Positions 24,785-32,000 of a stretch of 32,000 bases of DNA are shown piece after piece. The notes under the pieces are model-generated. The model did not search any database. It saw nothing but the letters and a program-made list of their open reading frames with translations, and had not been told where the DNA came from. A program made the position numbers and the translations under genes. Position 1 is the stretch's first letter; every line of letters begins with the position of its first letter. The DNA comes from Longivirga aurantiaca (GTDB lineage: Bacteria; Actinomycetota; Actinomycetes; S36-B12; CAIYMF01), in contig NZ_JBHSTI010000002.1 of NCBI RefSeq assembly GCF_042660085.1, positions 210,001 to 242,000 of the forward strand, given 5' to 3'.

Positions 24785-26103
24785 GCGCCCGCGCCCTCCG
24801 CGGCGTCGACGTGGGCACGACCGACCTGCTCGATGACGTCGGCGCCACGACGCAGCCCGTCCCGGAGACGCACGGCCGCGCCGACCGCCGCGACCCGTGC
24901 CTGCAGGCTCGGGTCGAGGACGGTCGCGAGCGCGGCGTCCATCTCCTCGTCGGTGAAGGTGTACGTCGCCAGCCGCACACCGAAGCCGGTCTCGTCCATG
25001 CGCTGCGCGTTGTCGTACTGGTCCCAGAACAGGGGGAGCAGGATCATCGGCTTGCCGAAGTGGACGGCCTCAGTGGTGGTGTTGTTGCCACCGTGGGTGA
25101 TGACCGCGTCCACCTGCGGGATGAGCGTGGTCTGGGGCAGGAACTCCGCGCCGACCATGTTGTCGGCCAGCTCGTAGTCGGCGTGCTGCGGTCCCTTGCT
25201 CACGATGTAGCGGTGCGGCGTGCGCCCGAGGACGTCCACGAGGCGCTTCATGAGGTCGACGTCGGCGCTGCCGAGCGAGCCGAGCGACAGGTAGATGAGC
25301 GCGCTGCCCTCGGGCCGGTCGCGGACGATCTCGGGCAGCTCGTACTGGACGTCGGTCTCCCGGACGCTGGAGTCCATCCGGTGCCAGGTCGGGCCGAGCG
25401 GCCGGGCGTCGGTGTAGTCGGCCTCCTCCGGGAACACGTAGAGGTTGGCGACCTCGGACTCGTGGATGAACTCGAGGTCGGGCAGCGCGGGCGCGCCCTG
25501 CTCGACGACCCAGGCGTTGAACGTCTCCCACATCGGTCGGTGCGTGCGGTCGTACTCCGCGAGGAACGAGGCCCACTCGCTGCGGTCGTCTGCGGGGAGG
25601 CCGGAGTACGCGGGAGCGATGCCCTCGCCCTTCACCTCGAGCGGGTTGCACGACACGATGCGCACGAACGGGACGCCGGCCGTGACGAGCGCGGGGAAGG
25701 CGATGACGTTGTCCTCGACGATGACGTCCGGCTGCACGCGCTCGATGATCGCCTTGAGCTGAGGCTCGCAGTAGAGGGCGCCGTCGATCAGCGCCTGCCA
25801 GGTCGGTGCCATGAACGTCTCGAGCTGCTCGACGGTGGGCTTGCGGAACTCCGGTGCCGTGTCGCGGATGAAGTCCTTCCAGAACTGTCCGGCGTCCTGG
25901 TCCTCGGCTCCCTCGGCCGGCGGCGAGAGGTCGACGAGGTCCTCGCCGAATCCGAGAGCCTCGAGCTTTCCCCTCCACGAGGCCTCGGCCGCGAAGACGA
26001 CGCGGTGGCCGCGCTTGGCGAGGACGTCGCCGATCCCGACGCACTGGTTGGTCGGGCCGTAGGCAGACTCTGGCATGAACAGGATGGTTAGCGGTCGGCC
26101 CAT
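24781..26103 (-). CDS. GT1 family (MGT/UDP-glycosyltransferase-like) glycosyltransferase
   Basis: ILFMPESAYGPTNQCVGIGDVLAKRGHRV is the N-terminal acceptor domain. ITHGGNNTTTEAVHFGKPMILLPLFWDQYDNAQR is the GT-B nucleotide-sugar binding signature. Confidence 0.85.
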   Translation of the reverse strand: MGRPLTILFMPESAYGPTNQCVGIGDVLAKRGHRVVFAAEASWRGKLEALGFGEDLVDLSPPAEGAEDQDAGQFWKDFIRDTAPEFRKPTVEQLETFMAPTWQALIDGALYCEPQLKAIIERVQPDVIVEDNVIAFPALVTAGVPFVRIVSCNPLEVKGEGIAPAYSGLPADDRSEWASFLAEYDRTHRPMWETFNAWVVEQGAPALPDLEFIHESEVANLYVFPEEADYTDARPLGPTWHRMDSSVRETDVQYELPEIVRDRPEGSALIYLSLGSLGSADVDLMKRLVDVLGRTPHRYIVSKGPQHADYELADNMVGAEFLPQTTLIPQVDAVITHGGNNTTTEAVHFGKPMILLPLFWDQYDNAQRMDETGFGVRLATYTFTDEEMDAALATVLDPSLQARVAAVGAAVRLRDGLRRGADVIEQVGRAHVDAAEGAGA

Positions 26104-26145
26104 CGGGTCTCTTCCTCGCTCGTCGGTGGTGGGGAGGGACGTCGG

Positions 26146-26760
26146 TCAGGTCTCGTCGACGGGCAGAGGATGGCCCGTGGCAAGTCGTGCGTAGTCGAGG
26201 ATCAGCCGGGTGGCTGTGCCGTGGTCGATGCTGGAATGCCGGGCCATCATGCGGTAGCCGTAGGCGTCCTCGAGCGACACGAGATTGCGCCCGATGGTCA
26301 GCGAGCTGTCGGCGAGGTGGAAGGCGCCCTGCGCGGCGCCGGACTCGAGGATCACCTGGTACATCGCGACCTGACGGTCGTAGAGCGAGGTGAGGAGCGC
26401 GGCGTACACGGTGTTGCGCGCCGCCGCGCCGCCCAGCTCGCACAGGAGCCGCACGTCGGGGTCGTCGCTGTCCACGGGCAGGCCCGACGCGATGGTGACC
26501 ACGAGCTTGCGGGCCGGGTCGTCGATGCCCTCCACCGCGCGCATGCGGTAGTCGTGGAACCGCTCCATGCCCGCGCGGTTGGCGTCGAGGAGCAGGTCCT
26601 GCAGGTCGGGGTAGTGGTAGAGCACCGCGCCGGATGTGAGACCGGCCTGCTCGGCCACCTGGTTGAGGCGGACGGACGTGCCGTGCTCGAGCATCGCGCG
26701 CCGCGCGGCCTCCACGAGGTCTGCACGGCGCTCGGTGCGCGGCTTGGGTCTCGTCGCCAC
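26146..26760 (-). CDS. TetR/AcrR family transcriptional regulator
   Basis: The HTH is VRLNQVAEQAGLTSGAVLYHYPDLQDLL. GTG start is preceded by GGAGGAGG. It lies 42 bp upstream of, and co-oriented with, the GT1 gene. Confidence 0.9.
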   Translation of the reverse strand: MATRPKPRTERRADLVEAARRAMLEHGTSVRLNQVAEQAGLTSGAVLYHYPDLQDLLLDANRAGMERFHDYRMRAVEGIDDPARKLVVTIASGLPVDSDDPDVRLLCELGGAAARNTVYAALLTSLYDRQVAMYQVILESGAAQGAFHLADSSLTIGRNLVSLEDAYGYRMMARHSSIDHGTATRLILDYARLATGHPLPVDET

Positions 26761-26835
26761 GTCTCACCTCCTCCGGTCGCCGCACAGTACCGGGCGATCC
26801 GGCCTGCGAGAAGACTCCACCGCGCATGTTTCGGT

Positions 26836-26851
26836 TTGAATCCGGATTCAA
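26836..26851. promoter_or_regulatory. Perfect 16-bp palindrome TTGAATCCGGATTCAA, candidate TetR operator
   Basis: It sits in a locally AT-rich stretch of the 239-bp divergent region between tetR (start 26760) and the potD-like gene (start 27000), flanked by direct TTCGG pentamers. Confidence 0.55.
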
Positions 26852-26999
26852 CGATTCGGTAAACCTCGTGTTACGCCAACGGCTCTGACCCTTGCGCCGC
26901 TCTGAGTCCCAGTGCAACACTCCGCCCCACGCCGGGCTACGCCGGCGCCGAGCAGCACCGGGGGTGTGCGCTCGACAGGACCCGACCGGGAGCTTGCAC

Positions 27000-28133
27000 A
27001 TGCGACGTACTGCACGCACGAACCGCCGCACCGCGTGGCTGGCCACCGGGGCTGCCGCCTCCATGCTCGTCCTGTCCGCCTGCGCGAGCAGCGGCGGTGA
27101 CGGCGGTGGGGCGAGCGCGCTCCCGAGCGACAGTCTCGACGCCAACGCCGATCTCAAGGCGCAGTCCCTCGTGGTCTCCAACTGGGAGGCCTATATGCCC
27201 GAGGACCTGCCGACGAAGTTCGAGTCGGCGGTCGGGCCCAAGGTGACGGTCACGAACCACGCCACCAACGAGGAGATCATGGCCAAGCTCACCGCGGGCG
27301 GTGACTCGGGCATCGACGTCGCGTTCGTCTCGGGCCAGTTCGCGCAGGCTCTCGCCGAGCAGGGCCTGGTGGAGCCGATCCACGCCGACCTGATCCCGAA
27401 CCTCGCAAACCTCTACCCCGAAGCGTCTCAGCTCTCCTACGACAAGGGCAACAAGTACTCGGTCCCCTACTCGTGGGGAACCACGGGCATCTGCTACCGC
27501 AGCGACCTCGTCGCGACCGCCCCGACGAGCTGGGGCGACATCCTGAACCCGGCCCCGGACGTCACCGGCAAGACCACGGCGCTGGCGACCGAGCGCTGGC
27601 TGATGCTCCCTGCGCAGAAGCTGCTCGGCTACTCGGCGAACACCACCAACCCCGACGAGATGGCGAAGGTCAAGGAGCAGCTGCTCAAGACCAAGCCGAC
27701 GCTCCTGGCCTACGACGACACGACCTTCTACTCGCGCCTGGTCTCGGGCGAGGCGTCGATGGTCGTGGCGTGGGACGGCTGGTGCAACTACGGCATCGCC
27801 GAGAACAAGGACATCAAGTTCGTCGTGCCCAAGGAGGGCAGCGACCTCTGGGCCGACACGATGGTGGTCCTCAAGACGTCGAAGAACAAGGAGGCGGCAC
27901 ACGCCTTCATCAACTACGTCCTCGATGCCGACAACGGCGCCTGGGTGATCGACAACATCCTCTACAAGGTGCCGAGCAAGGCTGCCATGGACAAGGCCGC
28001 CGGTGCGCTCGTCGCCGACTACCCCAACATGGGCATGACCCCGGCCGAGCTGCTCAAGGGCGAGAGCCTGGTCGACCTGGGTGAGTTCGGTCCGGAGTAC
28101 ACGAAGATCGCGACCGAGGTGACCGCGGGCTGA
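27000..28133 (+). CDS. Spermidine/putrescine ABC transporter substrate-binding lipoprotein (PotD/PotF-like)
   Basis: ATG 27000 gives MRRTARTNRRTAWLATGAAASMLVLSACASSGG, a signal peptide plus lipobox. VPYSWGTTGICYR and the overall PBP2 PotD layout are present. Confidence 0.82.
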   Translation: MRRTARTNRRTAWLATGAAASMLVLSACASSGGDGGGASALPSDSLDANADLKAQSLVVSNWEAYMPEDLPTKFESAVGPKVTVTNHATNEEIMAKLTAGGDSGIDVAFVSGQFAQALAEQGLVEPIHADLIPNLANLYPEASQLSYDKGNKYSVPYSWGTTGICYRSDLVATAPTSWGDILNPAPDVTGKTTALATERWLMLPAQKLLGYSANTTNPDEMAKVKEQLLKTKPTLLAYDDTTFYSRLVSGEASMVVAWDGWCNYGIAENKDIKFVVPKEGSDLWADTMVVLKTSKNKEAAHAFINYVLDADNGAWVIDNILYKVPSKAAMDKAAGALVADYPNMGMTPAELLKGESLVDLGEFGPEYTKIATEVTAG

Positions 28134-29023
28134 TGGCCTCGACGACCACTCGCCGGGGGCGGGGCTCGCGCCTCGCCTCCGGCGAGCGGCTCGTGCTCAC
28201 CGGGCCCGGGCTGCTCTACCTCACCGTCTTCATGGCGGTCCCGCTGCTGCTCGTGCTGGTCTACGCGTTCTTCCAGCGCGGCCGGTTCGGCGGGGTCGTG
28301 TGGCGGTTCTCGTTCGACAACTTCGTGCGCGCCCTCGACCAGGTCTACGTGTCGGTCCTCGGCAGCTCGCTCGTCATCGCCGGGGTCACCACCCTCCTGG
28401 CACTGCTGCTCGGCTATCCGGTGGCGTACGGCATCGCCAAACTGCCGCGCAGCTGGCGCACGGTGGCCCTCGTGCTCGTCGTCCTGCCGTTCTGGACGAA
28501 CTTCCTCATCCGCACGTACGCGTGGATCGTCCTGCTCAACTCCGAGGGACCGCTCAACAAGGGACTCATCGGCATCGGGCTGATCGACGAGCCGCTCGGC
28601 CTGCTGTACACGCCGGGGGCGGTGGTGGCCGGCCTGCTCTACGCCTACCTGCCGCTCATGATCCTTCCGCTCTACGCGTCGGTGGAACGTCTGGACCCGC
28701 AGCTGCGCGAGGCCGCAGCCAATCTGGGCGCCACGCCCTGGCGGACCTTCCGAGACGTGACGCTCCCGCTCACCCTGCCCGGCGTCATCACCGGCTGCCT
28801 CTTCGTCTTCGTGCCGAGCCTCGGCAACTTCGTCGTGCCGGAGCTGCTCGGCGGGGGCAAGACGGTGATGGTCGGCAACCTCATCCGCGACCAGTTCCTG
28901 AAGGCGCGCGACTGGCCGTTCGGTGCCACGCTCGCGCTCGTCGTCATCGCCTTCCTCGTCGTGCTCTTCGTCCTGCAGTCGTGGGTGTCCCGTCGCGTCG
29001 CGGGGGGTGCCCGCGATGCGTAG
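28133..29023 (+). CDS. ABC transporter permease (PotB-like)
   Basis: Six TM segments and the EAA loop LREAAANLGATPWRTFRDVTLP. The ATG overlaps the upstream TGA. Confidence 0.85.
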   Translation: MASTTTRRGRGSRLASGERLVLTGPGLLYLTVFMAVPLLLVLVYAFFQRGRFGGVVWRFSFDNFVRALDQVYVSVLGSSLVIAGVTTLLALLLGYPVAYGIAKLPRSWRTVALVLVVLPFWTNFLIRTYAWIVLLNSEGPLNKGLIGIGLIDEPLGLLYTPGAVVAGLLYAYLPLMILPLYASVERLDPQLREAAANLGATPWRTFRDVTLPLTLPGVITGCLFVFVPSLGNFVVPELLGGGKTVMVGNLIRDQFLKARDWPFGATLALVVIAFLVVLFVLQSWVSRRVAGGARDA

Positions 29024-29786
29024 TCTCGGCTGGCTCCGGCTGCCGCTCGTCGTGACGTACGTCTTCCTCTACCTGCCGATCCTCGTGCTGGTGGTGCTGT
29101 CGTTCAACGCGTCCAAGCAGCCGTTCTCGTGGGGCGGGTTCAGCACGAAGTGGTACGCCGAGCTCGCCGGCAACGCCGACGTGCTGCAGGGTCTCGGCAA
29201 CACGCTGATCGTGGCTCTGGGGGCGACGGTGCTGTCGACGATCCTCGGCACCTTGCTCGCGGTGGGCCTGCATAGGCACTCGCGGTCCAGCCTTCTCGAC
29301 GCGTACGCGCTGGTACCGGCGATCCTGCCGGACCTCGTCCTCGGCATCGGCCTCCTCGCGTTCTTCACGCTGGTCTCGATGACGCTCGGCCTGTGGTCGG
29401 TGCTGCTCGCCCATGTCGTGTTCGGCATGGCGTTCGTGACCGCCGTCGTGCGGGCCCGGCTCTCCCAGGTGGATCCCTCGCTCGAGGAGGCGTCGCGCGA
29501 CCTCGGGGCCGGGCAGGTGTCGACGTTCTTCCGCATCACCGTCCCGGGCCTGATGCCCGCGATCGTGGCCGGCGCCCTGCTCGTGTTCACGCTGTCGCTC
29601 GACGAGTTCGTCATCGCCTTCTTCACCAACGGGCCCAGCTCGCCGACGCTGCCGATCGTCATCTACTCCATGGTGCGGTTCGGCGTGACACCGGAGATCA
29701 ACGCCCTCGCCAGCATCCTCATGCTCGTCAGCTTCACCGCCGTCATCAGCGTGCAGCGGCTGACCCGACCCACGGACACCGTATGA
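29016..29786 (+). CDS. ABC transporter permease (PotC-like)
   Basis: The start is taken at ATG 29016 ([23 protein letters not shown]), overlapping the potB-like end. The EAA loop is [22 protein letters not shown]. Confidence 0.85.
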   Translation: MRSLGWLRLPLVVTYVFLYLPILVLVVLSFNASKQPFSWGGFSTKWYAELAGNADVLQGLGNTLIVALGATVLSTILGTLLAVGLHRHSRSSLLDAYALVPAILPDLVLGIGLLAFFTLVSMTLGLWSVLLAHVVFGMAFVTAVVRARLSQVDPSLEEASRDLGAGQVSTFFRITVPGLMPAIVAGALLVFTLSLDEFVIAFFTNGPSSPTLPIVIYSMVRFGVTPEINALASILMLVSFTAVISVQRLTRPTDTV

Positions 29787-30832
29787 ACGCGACCAGCCCC
29801 CTCGTCAGCATCCGCGGCGTCTCGCGCGCGTTCGGCGACGTCGTCGCGCTCGACGACGTCAGCCTCGACATCCAGGAGAACGAGTTCTTCGCGCTGCTCG
29901 GCCCGTCCGGCTGCGGCAAGACCACGCTGCTGCGCGTGATCGCCGGGTTCGAGCAACCCGACTCGGGCGCCGTCCTCCTGTCGGGCGACGACCTGCTCGG
30001 GCTGCCGCCGCACCGACGTCCGGTGAACCTCATGTTCCAGTCGTACGCGTTGTTCCCCCACATGTCGGTGGAGAAGAACATCGCGTACGGCCTCGAGCGC
30101 GAGGGTCTTCCGAAGGAAGAGATCCGCACGAGGGTCGCCGAGGTGCTCACCACGGTGGGGCTCTCCGACCTCGCGCGCCGGAGGCCGAACCAGCTCTCGG
30201 GCGGCCAGCGCCAGCGCGTGGCGCTCGCCCGCGCGATCGTCAAGCGTCCGCGGCTGCTCCTGCTCGACGAGCCTCTCTCGGCCCTCGACCGCAAGGTGCG
30301 CGCCGAGATGCAGCTCGAGCTCAAGCGTCTCCAGCACGAGGTCGGCATCACCTTCGTGGTCGTCACCCATGACCAGGAGGAGGCGATGTCGATGGCCGAC
30401 CGCATCGCGGTGATGGGTTCCGGCCGCGTGCAGCAGGTCGACTCGCCCATCGACCTCTATCAGCGGCCCGCCACGCGCTTCGTCGCGGACTTCATCGGCA
30501 CCAGCAACCAGTTCACCGGCACCGCCGCCGAAGGCGGCGTGCTCGTCAACGGCGTCGTGCTCCCGGGCCAGCCCACGGGAGGGGCGCCCACCGGTGCGGC
30601 CGTGCTCGTGGTCCGCCCCGAGGACACGCGCCTGGTCGACGAGGCGTCGGCGTACGTCAGCGGCACGGTCGTCGACACGCAGTTCTACGGCGGCGTCTCG
30701 ACCGTGGCCGTCGAGGTGCCCGGCCACGGTGCCCCCGTGCTGCACACTCGGCCGGGCGCACCCGAGGCTGATCGCGGTGCCGTGGTCCATATCTCCTGGG
30801 ACGCGGCCAAGGCCGTCGTGCTCGCGGGCTGA
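29783..30832 (+). CDS. Polyamine-type ABC transporter ATP-binding protein (PotA-like)
   Basis: ATG 29783 overlaps the upstream stop (ATGA). Walker A is GPSGCGKTT, the signature is [14 protein letters not shown], Walker B is [12 protein letters not shown], and a C-terminal TOBE-like domain follows. Confidence 0.9.
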   Translation: MNATSPLVSIRGVSRAFGDVVALDDVSLDIQENEFFALLGPSGCGKTTLLRVIAGFEQPDSGAVLLSGDDLLGLPPHRRPVNLMFQSYALFPHMSVEKNIAYGLEREGLPKEEIRTRVAEVLTTVGLSDLARRRPNQLSGGQRQRVALARAIVKRPRLLLLDEPLSALDRKVRAEMQLELKRLQHEVGITFVVVTHDQEEAMSMADRIAVMGSGRVQQVDSPIDLYQRPATRFVADFIGTSNQFTGTAAEGGVLVNGVVLPGQPTGGAPTGAAVLVVRPEDTRLVDEASAYVSGTVVDTQFYGGVSTVAVEVPGHGAPVLHTRPGAPEADRGAVVHISWDAAKAVVLAG

Positions 30833-30844
30833 GGGGCTGCGCCC

Positions 30845-32000
30845 GTGACCCTCGCCTCGTCGTCCGCGCTGGTGGACCCCGCACTCCGTGACGCGGAGCA
30901 CCGGGTCTTCTGGACGGACCGCCCGGATGCGCCTCCGGCGGCGCCGCCGCTCGCCAGTCGGGTGCGCACCGACCTGCTCGTGATCGGCGGCGGTCTCACC
31001 GGGCTGTGGACCGCGATCGAGGCGCTGCGCCGCGACCCGTCGCGCGACGTGATGCTGCTCGAGGCCGACGTCGTCGGGTCCGGGGCTTCGGGCCGCAACG
31101 GCGGCTTCATCTCCGAGTCGCTGACGCACGGCATCGCGCACGGCAACGAGACCTGGCCGTCCGAGATGCCCGAGCTGCTGCGGCTCGGTCGCGAGAACCT
31201 CGCGGAGATCGCGGACTTCGTCGCTGCGGAGGGGATCGACGCGCAGCTGCGGCTCCGGGGCAAGTCGCTCATCGCAGTCACGCCCCACCAGCTGGCCGGC
31301 CTCGCCTCCGCCCACCGGCAGCACCAGGCGGCCGGTGAGGACTCCGAGCTCCTCGATGCCGAGGCTGCGCGTACCGACGTCGACTCGCCGACGTACCTCG
31401 GTGCGCTGCGGGTGCGGACCGGCGGCGGCACGCTCGACCCCGCGGCCCTGTGCTGGGGCTTGCGCTGCGCTGCCCTCGCACGCGGCGCACGTCTGCACGA
31501 GCACTCACCGGTGACCGGGATCGCGGCAACGGCAAGCGGTGTCGAGGTGACGACGGCGAGCGGCTCGGTGCAGGCCCAGCGGGTGGTGCTCGGCACCAAC
31601 GCCTTCCCGCCGCTGCTCCGCCGGCTGCGCAGCTGGATCCTGCCGGTGTACGACCACGTGCTCGTCACCGAGCCGCTCACGCCGTCGCAGCGCGCGTCGA
31701 TCGGATGGCGCGAGGAGCAGGGGCTCACCGACGCCGGCAACCAGTTCCACTACTACCGGATCACGCCCGACGGCCGGATCCTGTGGGGCGGATACGACGC
31801 GATCTACCACTTCGCCGGTCGTGGCCCGGCCTCGGTGGAGGCGCGCGAGCAGTCGTTCCGCACGCTCGCGACGCACTTCCTCGACACGTTTCCCCAGCTC
31901 GAAGGACTCCGTTTCACCCATCGGTGGTTCGGTGCGATCGACACGACGTCGCGCTTCACGCCGCTCTTCGGCACGGCGATGGGTGGGCACGTCGCGTACT
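30845..32000 (+). CDS. FAD-dependent oxidoreductase (DAO family, gamma-glutamylputrescine oxidase-like), 3' end beyond window
   Basis: Own translation from GTG 30845 gives VTLASSSALVDPALRDAEHRVFWTDRPDAP...DLLVIGGGLTGLWTAIEAL...GSGASGRNGGF... The frame stays open to the window edge. It is absent from the ORF track because no stop lies inside the window. Confidence 0.8.
   Translation, partial: MTLASSSALVDPALRDAEHRVFWTDRPDAPPAAPPLASRVRTDLLVIGGGLTGLWTAIEALRRDPSRDVMLLEADVVGSGASGRNGGFISESLTHGIAHGNETWPSEMPELLRLGRENLAEIADFVAAEGIDAQLRLRGKSLIAVTPHQLAGLASAHRQHQAAGEDSELLDAEAARTDVDSPTYLGALRVRTGGGTLDPAALCWGLRCAALARGARLHEHSPVTGIAATASGVEVTTASGSVQAQRVVLGTNAFPPLLRRLRSWILPVYDHVLVTEPLTPSQRASIGWREEQGLTDAGNQFHYYRITPDGRILWGGYDAIYHFAGRGPASVEAREQSFRTLATHFLDTFPQLEGLRFTHRWFGAIDTTSRFTPLFGTAMGGHVAY

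Noticed and set aside
26826-26888. 20-codon ORF MFRFESGFNDSVNLVLRQRL and a tRNA T-arm-like string TTCGGTTTGAATCCGGA
   Set aside because: The ORF has no SD and uses codons atypical for this genome (TTT, TTA, GTA, GAT). The T-arm resemblance lacks the invariant C in the loop, and there is no acceptor, D or anticodon arm nearby. The sequence is better explained by the TTGAATCCGGATTCAA operator palindrome.
1-32000. Mobile elements, prophage, defence islands, tRNA/rRNA genes
   Set aside because: There are no transposase, integrase, recombinase, phage structural, restriction, Cas or toxin-antitoxin-like translations in any frame. No tRNA-like cloverleaf signatures or rRNA-like conserved strings were spotted. 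Base composition appears uniform except for short AT-richer promoter patches.

Overview
Very GC-rich, gene-dense chromosomal segment that looks actinobacterial: Ala/Arg/Gly/Pro-rich proteins, frequent GTG starts, 4-nt GTGA stop/start overlaps, and many long antisense shadow ORFs in the six-frame track. I support about 29 protein-coding genes. I see no rRNA, tRNA, CRISPR array, transposase, integrase or phage genes, so this is ordinary chromosome, not an obvious island. Left to right: lipoprotein fragment (-), geranylgeranyl-reductase-family flavoprotein, isocitrate lyase/PEP mutase family protein, Kup K+ transporter (-), DUF5302 small His-rich protein, glucose-6-phosphate dehydrogenase, questin-oxidase-family protein (-) divergent from SoxR with a canonical SoxR box between them. 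Next is a 4-gene translationally coupled envelope-glycosylation operon (GT2 polyprenyl-phosphate glycosyltransferase, large GT-C-like membrane protein, SAM methyltransferase, flippase-like membrane protein). Then come pirin, a PAS-GAF-HD-GYP protein (-), MarR (-) divergent from an MMPL transporter, an acyl/aryl-CoA ligase (-), a 7-TM double PQ-loop (SWEET-like) protein (-) and ornithine aminotransferase. The last blocks are a TetR/GT1/maltokinase-like kinase/SIS operon (-) and a divergent PotDBCA-type polyamine ABC transporter followed by a FAD oxidoreductase that runs off the right edge. The most interesting items, none proven novel: (i) the TetR-GT1-kinase-SIS operon of unresolved function; (ii) the GT2/GT-C/methyltransferase/flippase operon; (iii) a SoxR box wired to a leaderless questin-oxidase-like gene; (iv) a bacterial 3+1+3 PQ-loop protein with a Cys-rich tail; (v) a tandemly duplicated 36-nt element with ECF-sigma-like -35/-10 motifs; (vi) an orphan ~300-bp intergenic region with a strong Shine-Dalgarno plus mini-ORF and a perfect 16-bp hairpin. 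All family assignments come from reading the translations by eye; no database search was run.
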